Positions 1 through 12,400 of a DNA stretch of 64,000 nt are shown in pieces. The notes below the pieces were generated by a model. That model saw nothing but the letters and a program-made list of their open reading frames with translations. It did no database searches and was not told the origin of the DNA. Origin of the DNA: Azolla caroliniana. Lineage: Eukaryota > Plantae > Polypodiophyta. Each line of letters opens with the position of its first letter. Position 1 is the first letter of the stretch. The stretch covers positions 18,600,001 to 18,664,000 of the forward strand of contig JBHGNT010000010.1 of the NCBI GenBank assembly GCA_043228905.1, read 5' to 3'. Made by a program: the position numbers and the translations under genes.

Positions 1-589
1 CTAGGAGGAACTTGCATATCACCACCAATATAGTTTTGTTTTTTAGGGCTCTTCCTTTCACCTAGTTCATGAGGTCCTCTCTTGCAAGCACCAAATATTT
101 CATTTGCCCCACTCCAACAACATATCAATTAGTCGAACAAAGGACAATGTTCTCCTCCGCCAAGAGGTTGAGAGTGACTTCCTTCATCAATTAGTCGAAC
201 AAAGGACAATGTTATTGTGGAGAAATATTTTTTTCTAGGGCAAGTGGGGTACCCATAGACTCTAAGGATTCCAAGAACTACTCTACCAAGTGTTCAAAAA
301 CGTTGTTATAATTGACATTAACATCATGCATTTGGGAAACAATCTCATTATGTTTTGTAATGATATCTAGATGAGGACAATTTTCCAATCGCAAGGAATT
401 TGTATGACTTGAAGAAGGAGATGTCATGATAATACGACTAGACTTACTCTCAACATCAATTTGATTCACAGGATCAACCGAACACATTACGTTGGCAAGT
501 CGTTCCTCAAGTATTACCTATCATTACATGTTGGCTAAATAAATATAACTACATTCTAGAATAGGGTTTAGGTAATTCACTATTGTGCA

Positions 590-1680
590 TTGTCACCCAA
601 CTAATTAGCAACTTGATGTTCAAACCAAGCCATTACATGTTATCATTGAGCTAAATCGGCCTTGTCTCTAAGTTAGCTTCTCTAAGTTAGCTACTAGAAG
701 TTGTCGCTTAGCTAATTTTTTGTTCAAGGTTGTCGCTTGGGTAATTTGTCACTAGATGATATCATCGAGTTAAATTAGCCTAACCTATTTAGCTATTCGA
801 AGTTATCACTTGGCTAATTAGCTACTAAAGGTTAACGTTTAGCTAATTAGTTACTAGATGCTATTATGCACTAAATCAATCTAATTTAATTAGCTATTAG
901 TAGTGATCACTTAGTTAATTTACAACCTGAGTTTCTTACTTCAGTAATTAGTTATTAGATGTTATCATTGAACTAAATCACTAACTAAGCCAGCCTTAGT
1001 TAATTAGCTATTGGGGGTTACCATCTAGCTAATTAGCTACTAAATGTTTTTATCGAGGTAAATTAGCCTTATTCGATGAACTACCATAAATGATCACTTA
1101 GCTAATTGGCTAGTATATGTTATCATGGAGCTAAATCAACCTTAGCTAATGAGCCATTAGAGGTTATCTTTCAGCTAATTAGTCAATAGATGTTATTATG
1201 AGCTAAAGTAGACTTAGCTGATTAGCTATTAAATGTGATCACTAAGCTAGTTAGCTACTAGATGTTATTATCGAGCTAAATCAACCTTATCTAATTAGCT
1301 AATTGAACTTATCACTTAGCTATCTAGCTACTAGAGATTGTGACTTTTGTAATTAGCTACTATATATTATCATTTACGTTTGAGTTCGCTAATTAGCTAT
1401 TGGATATTATCATTTACATTTGAGTTCGCTAATTAGCTATTGGATATTATCACATGCTTATTAGCTACTAGATGTCATTAGCAAGAAAATTAGCTACTGG
1501 ATGGGCACACTTAGTTAATTAACTATTAGATGTTATCCCCAAGCTAAACTCAACCTTAGCTATTTAGCATCTGCAAATTGTCACACAACTGATTAGCTAC
1601 TTACTAATGAGCATTATCTCTTAGCAAATTAGCTTTATCACTAACCTAATTACTTGCTTGAGGTGTTCACTTAGCGATTT
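590..1680. repeat. Degenerate tandem array of ~30-45 bp units (TAGCTAATTAGCTACTAGATGTTATCACTT-like)
   Basis: Recurrent GCTAATTAGCTA and GATGTTATCA motifs throughout; no long ORF. Confidence 0.7.
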
Positions 1681-2099
1681 GGAATTACTTGAATAAAAAA
1701 TACATATGTAAAGCTAAAAATTAAATAGTTACATTAGATGGAGAACTTACCTATTGCTTTAATCCAACCTTTTGAGGATTTTTGTGGAGCAGGACCCCAC
1801 ACATGTGTTGGCATGGTAGAGGTGCACCAACATCTTCATTCCCTCTTCAATTGTTAGCCCACATGCAATGCATGTGGACTTCACATTCAATGATGAGCTA
1901 CTGGTTTTAATTTACACCTACATTAACCCATGTATGTTTTGCATATCTTATTCTAAAATTTGAATGATCATATTTTTAACTTTACTCATAATCTTAAATC
2001 AATAAATTGGCCAATTTCTCACTTTGTTGATTGCAAATGCATGTAATATATAACGTTTAGATGTGCGTATCTCTTGCATATTTGTAAATCTACATGACT

Positions 2100-2750
2100 T
2101 TATGTTAACCCTAATCAGAATCCTCATAAATTTTGGTTGGTTCTTACATGGTCTGAGTGTGAATAAATGTAACATGTAAGGTTTAAATGTATGTAAACCC
2201 TAAGTGTATGTGTTGGATATCCTATTCTAACCCTAAATGATTGTGTAAACTCTAATCAGAATCTTAATCAAATTTGATTAGTTCTTACCTGGTCGATTGT
2301 GAATGCATCTAACACATAAGGTTTAAATGTATGTGATAGAATCATAAATGATTGTATGTTAACCCTAATAAGAATCGTAATCAAATCCTATTGTTTCTTA
2401 CTTGGTTGATTGTGAATGCATCTAACACATACTGTTTAAATGTATATATATTAACCCTAAATGATTGAGTTGCATATATGATTCTAACCCTAAATGATTG
2501 TGTGTTAGCCTAGCCCTAACCAGAATCATAATAAAATTTGACTAATTCTTGTCTAGTGAATTGTGAATGCATCTAACACATACGGTTTAAATTTGTGTAA
2601 TATACGTGTTGCATATCTTATTCTAACTCTTAATGATTGTATGTTAACCGCAATCAAATCCAATTGGTTCTTACATGGTCAACTTTGAATGCATCTAATT
2701 TATAAGGTTTGAATGTATGTTTTGCATATTTGATTCAAAATCAGGATGAA
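2100..2750. repeat. Degenerate tandem array of ~120-170 bp units
   Basis: About five recurrences of TTAACCCTAATCAGAATC...GGTTCTTAC...GTGAATGCATCTAACACATA...GTTTAAATGTAT. Confidence 0.65.
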
Positions 2751-5700
2751 ATCTTAACTAATCAACTACAACTTCCATGAAAAACTCCGATTACTTTGCA
2801 CTAATCACCAAGAAAACACAACCTATGAGTAATTAGTTTGGGGGAAAAAAACCATATTACAATTACATGAATGAAGAGGCAATGAGGTCTATTGGTGATG
2901 CGTGGAAACCTACAACAATAGTATGAGGCTTGAGCAATTCTCTATATAATAATTTTGAATCTTAATAATAATATGGATGATGAGGGTGGGTATTTACAAC
3001 AAATGTAGAAACATGAATGATTAGAATCCAAGTAAAGATCCAAACATGAATGCTTAGAATTTCTCTTACAATCAAAATGGGCACTCTCAATTGCAACATT
3101 CATTGGTAAAGTTCATGAACATGATCTCTACTTGCTTTCACATGTATTACTTGAAATGTAATATTTTTGGTCCCATAGGCCATATTTGACCTACCAAGAC
3201 GATATATAATCTCTCTCTCATGTAAATTCATTATATAAACATACAAACACACACACACAAAATATCAACTTTCTCAAAGCTATCATGTTTTACTTTGATA
3301 AGGTAGACGTATAAATTTGTGTGATCCATTTCTTTTGCAATCGAAATCTAACTTTAGTTCTTGATACCACGTATCATTTGAAATATTTCCTAGGTATGAT
3401 GAATCTAAGTTTCAATATGATTTGTGTATGTATAAGGCTTCTAATGCTGAGACCTCCACGTGATTTCAAAATATTCCAAGCAATTTTTTGTCCTAATGTA
3501 GCAAATACATTGAAAACCCCTCATAAACATGATCTTACATCAAACACTTTGTTTCCTTGGAATTTTTCACAACATCAATTTTGCTCCTAGTTAGAAATGA
3601 TATCTATTAACCTTTAAAACTTTTATCAATTCATTGTTCTCTTCTTCATCACATGATTAGATGTGCCAATCACATTATTAGTGCTAATTATCTATTGATG
3701 ATAAGATTAATGCTAATCATGGAATGCAACAATAATACATCAACTTCTCATATCACATTTTTTGTTGATTCAATTCAGTGTGGTTCATGATACATTGTAG
3801 TTTAGTTTAATTTCTATACATCTACATTTTTTTATAATGAGGGTATGGTTTACATTATATGTGTGTGTATTCCTAATATCCATATTTGATAATTCTAAGA
3901 TAGTTAGAAATTAAATATAATTATAAATGGAATGTTGGCGATTTGCGAGGACACTAAGTAGTATATGAGCACTTCAATAACCAACATACTATTTGGTCAT
4001 ATATATATGTACTCAGTTCACATGAGCATGCTTTCTTGTAGAGTTATCATTAGCAATGTCACGATCATATACATTTGGTGTGACTAGAAGTTTTTTACAG
4101 CACTGATAAATAGAAAGAGAAACTCGTATTGTTAATTATTAGCTTTTCATGAAAGCTTTTGGGTGTTATTTGTTTATCTTTTTCATTTAATACTATTGTG
4201 ACCCCAACACATTACTAAAGTCATAACACTTTTGATATTCACACTCAAGGATAAAGCTAAACATGGTGATGATGTATATTTTAGTGGACATACATGCACC
4301 TCATTCCTACTCAAGTTAAATTGATTGTACTAAGAGATGTATATTTACTATGCAAGGACAGAGAGATGTATTGGCAAACGAGAAATTGAAGATCGATAGT
4401 GTTTCGTACACTGTGAAAAAGGCGTTAACTATGTTCATATGCAATTTTAAGTTTAAGTTATGAGACAAAAAACAGTATTATATGAGAGGACATGAAAGTG
4501 TTGTATGATATATTGACATTAATTAATGATTTCCCTCATCATTACGGGGGGGTTAAGCAACTAACATTGTGAAGATGTTGGTTTCAATAATGGAAATCTT
4601 GAATGTTAATGTTGGAGAATCCTAAAAAATGTACGTTTTTCTAGTTTCATGTGCGTGAGACTTATCGTTTTTCAAGTTCTCCAAATCTTACCATGACTCT
4701 ATTGTTGTCATGGAATGCCTATAATTGGAAAACCTGGCTACAAGCTATGATATGATATAATTAATGGGTATTAGTGGTCAATTATGTGTAAATAAAATTT
4801 TAAGAGAAAAAAAGACTTATGTTAAGATTATGTAATTAGTTATAACTTTAACTATGTTTACTTATCTCAAGATGCATACATACATGTACATATCATCTTA
4901 CACGAGAGAGCTTTCAACTCAACCACATACATTAAGAACTAAACCTGAGCTTATAAAATCCATACCCCGTGTAATTTGTCCTCAAGAACAAGCAATCGGG
5001 TTGAACAATCATCTATTGTTTATTTGAGGAAGTTGTGTTAATTAAAATCCAATTATTGTATCACTTGAAGCTTTCATGTTCATGGAAGTAATAACATGTG
5101 TCACCAAACATTGGCTTAGAAACTAAACGATTAAGAGCATATATCACGTTGGAAACAAAACACTTACAAGCTATGCAAATCAAACGTATCCTCACCATGA
5201 CATACACGCTCAATCGCTTGGAGAGGAATGATTGATATTTTTATGTTAATGGTGTTTAATGCTCTTATATGGAGCTTATTGAATGAAATTTATAAGGGAA
5301 AATACACTAATACTATATACGATAGGCATGCAAGGTTATATCTTTAATGTTGGTGGAAAATATTTCACACAATTACATCATTCATAATTATATGAATCAA
5401 ATGGATTATTTGAATATAGTTCTACATTTGGATCCTATCCTCAATGTTTTGAACAAGCTTAATTTGTTTGCAAAGAATCATCACACTACAACTTACGCAA
5501 TAATCGTATGAATCATATGTACTATGTACTACGGGGTATTAATTGGGTTTTTGAATTCTATATTCCTCGAGGTTTAGTTGGGCATGAAATGCACAGGACA
5601 AAGTTGCCAACCAATTTTGCGGTAAAGATGACAAATCTACCCAAGCTCTCATTTGAATCCTCGATAACTTAGTGAACAAAAAGCTATTTTGATGCTTTTA

Positions 5701-8257
5701 AGAATAACACGTAGAGAAGACTTACTCTTATTGAACCTTGAATGCTTCATCGAGCATCGTCATCAAATGTTTATCCTACCATCCTATGAATCCACGGAAA
5801 AGAATACGCGAAATGTATTTTTTTCCTCTTTTAACTCTTATAACTTATTGCCTAAATCCACACCTTGTGTAAAAAATATTGATATCTATGATATACATAT
5901 TGACAATATGCATATAAAAATCATTCCCATACAATGTTATAGTAAGACAAAGCCAACTTTCAATCGAGGATCTTGACAAAGAACTTCGGAGATAGGGACT
6001 GGATATAAATTAACTAGCAAATTACCAACAAAATGGTTGTACATTTACTCGGCCATCTCATAGAGCTACCGTATTTGAATACATTCACAAAGATGACAAG
6101 GAACCATCTACATAAAAGGTCTAAAATCAAACTTTTAGAGTATTTATTATCCCATTGTAATGAAAATTGTAACATGCAACCTCTTTCATCAACATCATTA
6201 GAGAGACCAAAATCACTATTGAAACCACAAGAGGAAAACCAAAATGTGAATAACCAATGAACAATGTGAATTCCATGCACCAAGATTTTGATTCATGTTG
6301 CTTCCATAGAAAAAGTTGTGTGAAGTAACTATAATACATAAATAAGTAAAGATAATTGGTATTGTTTTCAAATACCATTAATGTCGGCATTGTTAAGAAA
6401 ACGTTCGTATAATATAAAGTTCTGACAGTGATCACATGTTGGTATGTAGAACTTTAAAAAAGAGGATGTTAATTAGGCATTCACGTCTATGTTGTTGCAT
6501 GATGTGCAACTCACGATATTAAAACAAATAAAGCAACCCTTTGTCAGGGGAACCAAAGAAATTCATTTGAACTTATCTCACCGAAACCTTAGTGAGATGA
6601 TTTAATAGTTTTGGGGACATAATTCCCATCCATTCCCAACGAATTTATTTCATGGGCAACTGTCACACGGGATTTCGTCGACACTTATAATGCATGCGAT
6701 CGTGAGTATGCAAGTGTATTCACATACCATTAAAAAGGCAAAAAGGGGACCACTCGACATGACACACATTTGCCGGTTGTCCATCTATCTAGATGCATTT
6801 TCTAAATCCGTATAATTTTTTTTGCATGGAAGTACAACCACATTGGGTAGATATAGAAGTAATGTTGGGTACTCCCAACATTAATGATTTCTTGCTTGTT
6901 GGTACGTGTCCTCGGCTTTAGCAAGGCACAAATAAAATCATGAGATATATATCATATGTTTGCCTCCTATGAGTGGTGAATAAAAACTTTCCTAAACTAG
7001 GATAAGGTGCTTACAACTGACTCTCGCTTTAAGGGTTTAACTTATATGTTATCATCAATTGTTAAGGGTTTGAAATTCTCTAAAAGGGCTAGACACCTCA
7101 CACGACAATTCATAGCTAGCAACTAGACACATTGGTACACAACTACCTTGTGGAATATTATACATGCCAATGATCCATCATCATTTTGCTCTTTAACATT
7201 GTATCTGAAATCCATACAACAATGCATTTGTATTACTCAAGTAATGGGTAGTAGTTTTCCAGTAAATGACGTACTAGAGAGAGACACTTGCGACAAAACT
7301 TGATTCCAGGAGCTTTTGTTCATCACAAGGTTATGAAAAAGGTCGAGTTTGTAGATAGATTTTCTGAAACTTGGAGGCACACATATACAGACAAACACAT
7401 TTGCATGTGCGTGTACCATGTACATGTGTGTAATATGTTTGTATAAATATTACTATGTAACGCAAAGGAACATGATATATATAGTTAGGATGCAACAAGG
7501 ATGTTTTTATACATTGATCATATCTGATAATTGAACTTTGCTATGGTATGTAAGGGCAATTCCTTAATATAGTTGGATTTGATTTAATGAGGCTATCTAG
7601 ACACTACATACATACATAATATGTACATACATTGAAGCATGTGTTGCCACTTGGTCCTTTACCTCGGCACGAGTTTGACACCTACTTCAGCGCAATTCTT
7701 GGTGATATGCGAAACATTGATGTGAAATATTTTGGTACAACCATACACCGTTCCAATAAATTGGGGTCGCCTTGCTTTTTCTTGCAACTAGAGAATTGAC
7801 GCCATATTGGGGGGGGGGGGGGGGGGGGGGGTTAATACCCTTGTTAGTATTGTAGGAGTTACGAAAATCATTGAAATATATACATCTATTACTCCAATAA
7901 AAGATACTACATTAGAAATTAGTATTAAGAAATGTCCTAAGGCTATAGATGAAATATGTGCATACAAGTAATTACCCCCATATTTTGATCGAGGTTTAGG
8001 TTCTAAACTATCGGCTTAAATAAATACGTTGGTGTAGAGTAAAACCACACAAACCTTGACAAAAACACATACACATATATGAATATCCCATTGTGCCATA
8101 TGGCATGGAGCTCTAGTTTGTCGTAACTCGGCTCCTTAGTGTATATACGACTATGAAGGCCAAATGGCGAAATATGGGGGTAGAAGAGGGAAGCTTTGTC
8201 TTCTTTACATAGGGTATTCGTTCGACATGGAGCATTATAGAAGATAGATGCGGATGT

Positions 8258-8415
8258 GGAAATATGGACATATGACATGGACACGGACATGGACACACAT
8301 GGACATGTGGACATGGATATATGAACATGTGGACATGGATATATGGACATGTGGACATGGATATATGGACATGTGGACATGGATATATGGACATGTGGAC
8401 ATGGACATGGACCAT
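8258..8415. repeat. Minisatellite built from GGACAT/GGATAT/GGACATGT units, with a 22-bp higher-order unit GGACATGTGGACATGGATATAT
   Basis: Directly visible; it generates the spurious overlapping ORFs at 8003-8540. Confidence 0.85.
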
Positions 8416-9117
8416 GGGAACTCACAGAAATAATGAAGTATCGTTGGGCGGTGGTAACCTTGGGTACATCAATATGTTTGGTGGGGACCGTGGACACGAC
8501 CGGCTGTAGCCGGTCTCCTTCGCAAGCGCATCCGGGATGACGCGCTTCCTAAAATAATTATTAACTTCTCGATTTTATTTAAAAAATAAATAGATAAAAA
8601 AGAAGATGAAGAAGAAAGGTCCTTTTCATCTTTTATAAACTATTATCATTATTATTATTATTGAAATATTTAAGAAAATTAATGATATTTATTTTCGTTA
8701 TTTATCTCAAAAAAAAAAAAAAAAAAAACCGAAAGAAGATACGCCATCACATTTATGTTTTGGTCCCTCTGTTAATTTTAATTTTAATTTTAATTTTTAC
8801 TTGATTTATATGGGCGTGAAAGAGATAATTTGAAATATAAATACATATAAAGAAACATAAATAATAAATAATGATTTTTATTTGAATTTATATAAATGAT
8901 CGCCTGCATTCTATCTCCCTCCTCGTCTCCCTCAGGAAACGATTTTTTTATTATTACAATAATTAATTAGCTATTTAATTATTTAATTATACAAATCAAA
9001 TCAATAAAAAAGATCTATCTCCTTCCCCCCGCCGGCCCGGCCGACCGACTGCTGCTTAATTACTTAATTACTTAATTAATTAACTATCTAATTACTTAAT
9101 TAATCTCTGCAGAATCC

Positions 9118-9339
9118 ATGGAACCTTCCTTCATACCTTCTTCTCGGCAGCTTCATCCTCCCTGCAGCTGAAATCTGTTTCCGACCCCTCCCTCCATATC
9201 TCCCCCTTCTTTCTTTCTGCCTTCATTACTCACTTCTTGATCCATTACAATATCCATGGCATCTTCATTCTTCTTCTTCTTCTTCTTCTTCTTCTGTGTT
9301 TCCTTTTCTTTCCTGCAGGTTGATTTATATATGCTCTAA
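9118..9339 (+). promoter_or_regulatory. Two upstream ORFs in the putative ERECTA-like 5' leader (9118-9171, 17 aa; 9256-9339, 27 aa)
   Basis: Both start in CCATGG context in a CT-rich region. The TSS is unknown, so they may not be transcribed. Confidence 0.4.
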
Positions 9340-9409
9340 TGGTGTCGCCCCCCTCTTTCTGCTTCAATACAAATATACATAAAACATTCGTTCATTCGTT
9401 AGACATCCC

Positions 9410-12400
9410 ATGGATCTTCATTCATCTTCTTACCGTTTCATCTTCCTGCATCTAATCATTCTGCTCCAATGTCTTTCTTCTTCTTCTTCTTCTTCTTCTG
9501 TCAGGCCTAGTTTCGGTGCTCACAGCTTGCAAGCCAACGAAGGTAAAATTTTACTGTCAGGAAAGAATAAATTTACATCAAAATCCAGTCAATATATATA
9601 CAAATAATTTTAACGCGCAGTAATTTGCTTAAATATCTTTATCATCTTCTGTCTACAGTAAAAACTTCGTTGTATTTCTTTAACCAATTACCAAAATCAT
9701 CCATTTTTTCCCATAATACTACATTTCCTGATGAGTGAATGATTCCATGTGCAATGAGTTAATGAGCTATATGAAATGCAGTCAAATCGTTGGTGGATGT
9801 GAAGAGATATCTCATTGATCCCACAAATCAGCTCTCTGAATGGAATACTGAACATTACTCAGATAACCATACAGATGGCAACTTTGATAATCAATACATG
9901 TACTGTACCTGGACAGGAATCATCTGCGACAATGTCACTTTCGCAATCACGTCTTTGTAAGCTTAAATCGTGTTGTTTTAGATTCGGATCCATTTCCTCT
10001 ACGTCTGTTCTTTTATCTACAAAAGGCTATGGATTTGATCTTGAAATTTCTTGACTATGTATGGCGCACTGATCTGATTTCATAATCTCCTGTAAATCGA
10101 ACAGCCAATCAGATATTTAACTCGATTTCCAACGTAACTTGTAGATCTGATTCGTCTACCTAAACTTTCTGTGATTAATTGCGACACCAGGAATCTCTCG
10201 AGTCTAAGCTTGAGTGGAGGGATCTCTCCATCCATTGGAAATTTGCAGAGTCTGCAGATAATGTGAGCTAGTTGCAAACTTGCATACATGTAAAATTGAT
10301 GCTATAGGAGCTCCTAAACTAATGAGAGTTAATAATTGCATGCACATAAATGATTCAGAGTGAGTTGACATTTTATGCGAGCTAATTTATTGCACATAAT
10401 GGAAATGTATGACCCAAGGCGAGTTAATTTCGCATAATGGAGATTAAATGAAAAATTCACTGCGACTATTAATGGGTTAGTTATAAGTTGCATGTGATTT
10501 ACTGTGCCCCGCCCCCAAAATAAGTAAAAATAAATTCATCTGGAAATCAGCGGCAGCATGATGATGCCTTTTTTTTACTGGTTTCAGAGGTCAGAATATA
10601 TTGAAGGCTTATGCGTGTGCGTGTGTATGTGTGTAGTGACTTTAGCCACAATTCAATTACTGGACAGATCCCTGATGAGATTGCCAATTGTGCAAACTTG
10701 CAATACATGTAAGTAAAACCAAACTATTCATCTACTTATATTCATCATAATTCCTCCTCCATATGTCAATGTAAATCTTGGTGTTGCTATAATTATATAG
10801 ATAGAATCATATATGTATACTGTATATATATGTATACCGCTACATTATTAAAGGAACACATCCTCTCTCTCTATATATATACTACTACTATAGTATACAT
10901 ATATACTGTATAAATGTATATATGTGTGTGTATACACACACACACACACACATTATTATGGGAACACATTCTCCAAATCATTTTTAAGATTCAACTGAAC
11001 AATAGTTGTTTTTAGTAATCAAATTTCGACATCCATGCATAGTTGTCTAAGAATGCGTATTTTACGTATAGAATAGAATACGTTTTAGAATACCCTTCAA
11101 GTATTCAACACGAATTTTATGTTTTAGAACTGCCATTTCAAAATGTTTCACAACACTCGGATGTATTCAACACAAAGTCTATGTTTTAGAACTGCCACTT
11201 CAAAATGTTTCACGTATTTGTATGCATTCTTTTACGTGCGTAAAATGTATTCAACGTTTCCAAATAATTTAAAATAAATTGTTTTAAAAATTTGCCAAAA
11301 AACCAATGGCTAGACGCGTTGCAAATATAAGAAGTGTTTCATGAATTCTATATCTTTTACATACTAAAATACTGAAACATGTAGGATTGATCTCCTAACA
11401 ATTAAAATTGGTAGATGCATTACAAATGTTAAAAAGTATTTAATGTATTCTATGTATTGGCCAAAAAACCAATCGCTAGATGCGTTGCAAATATAAGAAG
11501 TGTTTCATGAATTCTATATCTTTTACATACTAAAATACTGAAACATGTGGGATTGATCTCCTAACAATTAAAATTGGTAGATGCATTACAAATGTTAAAA
11601 GTATTTAATGTATTCTAGCTTTATGTACTCTACTAAAATAAGCATTGAACATATTTTACCTTTTATTAGAATACGTATTCCAAGTATTTAGGAAAAAGGC
11701 AAAACACTTTTTAGAATACGAATTGTAGGCCTACTGTGTGGCAAGTATTCTACAGATATGCATTCGTATAATGCTGACAAATAGTAATGAATGTCCACAG
11801 GCATATATCTTGATCCTTGCATCTTATTACTTATTCGACATTAATAACTCACTTCTGATTGCATGTTTTTATGCGTCTAAATACTTGCCAGCTATGAATA
11901 GAACATTAGAACCTATCTATAATCAAAATAAATTGCGTGCTGCTACTACAGGGACCTCTCATACAATACAATCACTGGGGAGCTTCCATTTTCTTTCTCA
12001 AGATTGAAGGAGCTGGAGTATATGTAAGCATATATAAACAATTATTAATTGAATATCTTCTGCAATAAATTTATATATGCGTATATAATTGCTCCTGATT
12101 CAAAAACAATTGGGCTTTTCAAAGGGCATATTAATGGCGTCAAGTAATGGAACTCAAAAGGCCCAACGTTCTAGAAAAAAACAATAGATGATTCTTATCG
12201 GATTTATAGTAATTAGAAGAAAAAATAACATTTGAGGGTCCAATAGATTATTCAGATTTGATTATTCAAGATGACGGAAATGTGACGTTTCATGTAAATT
12301 TATTATCTAATTCCTTTTCCTACAGAGTCTTGAGGAGCAATCAAATCTCAGGTCCTATACCTGCCACATTATCACAACTTTCAAATCTAAAAGTCCTGTA

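Noticed and set aside
2107-2520. AACCCTAA motifs as interstitial telomere
   Set aside because: Isolated single motifs within larger repeat units, not a tandem TTTAGGG array
4300-6900. Possible decayed DNA-transposon coding region
   Set aside because: No diagnostic motif could be recognised in any frame
7808-7831. Poly-G tract (also 35053-35074) as a G-quadruplex element
   Set aside because: Simple homopolymer with no supporting context
8003-8540. Five overlapping His/Met/Cys-rich ORFs resembling metal-binding peptides
   Set aside because: They are translations of the GGACAT minisatellite, open in several frames on both strands
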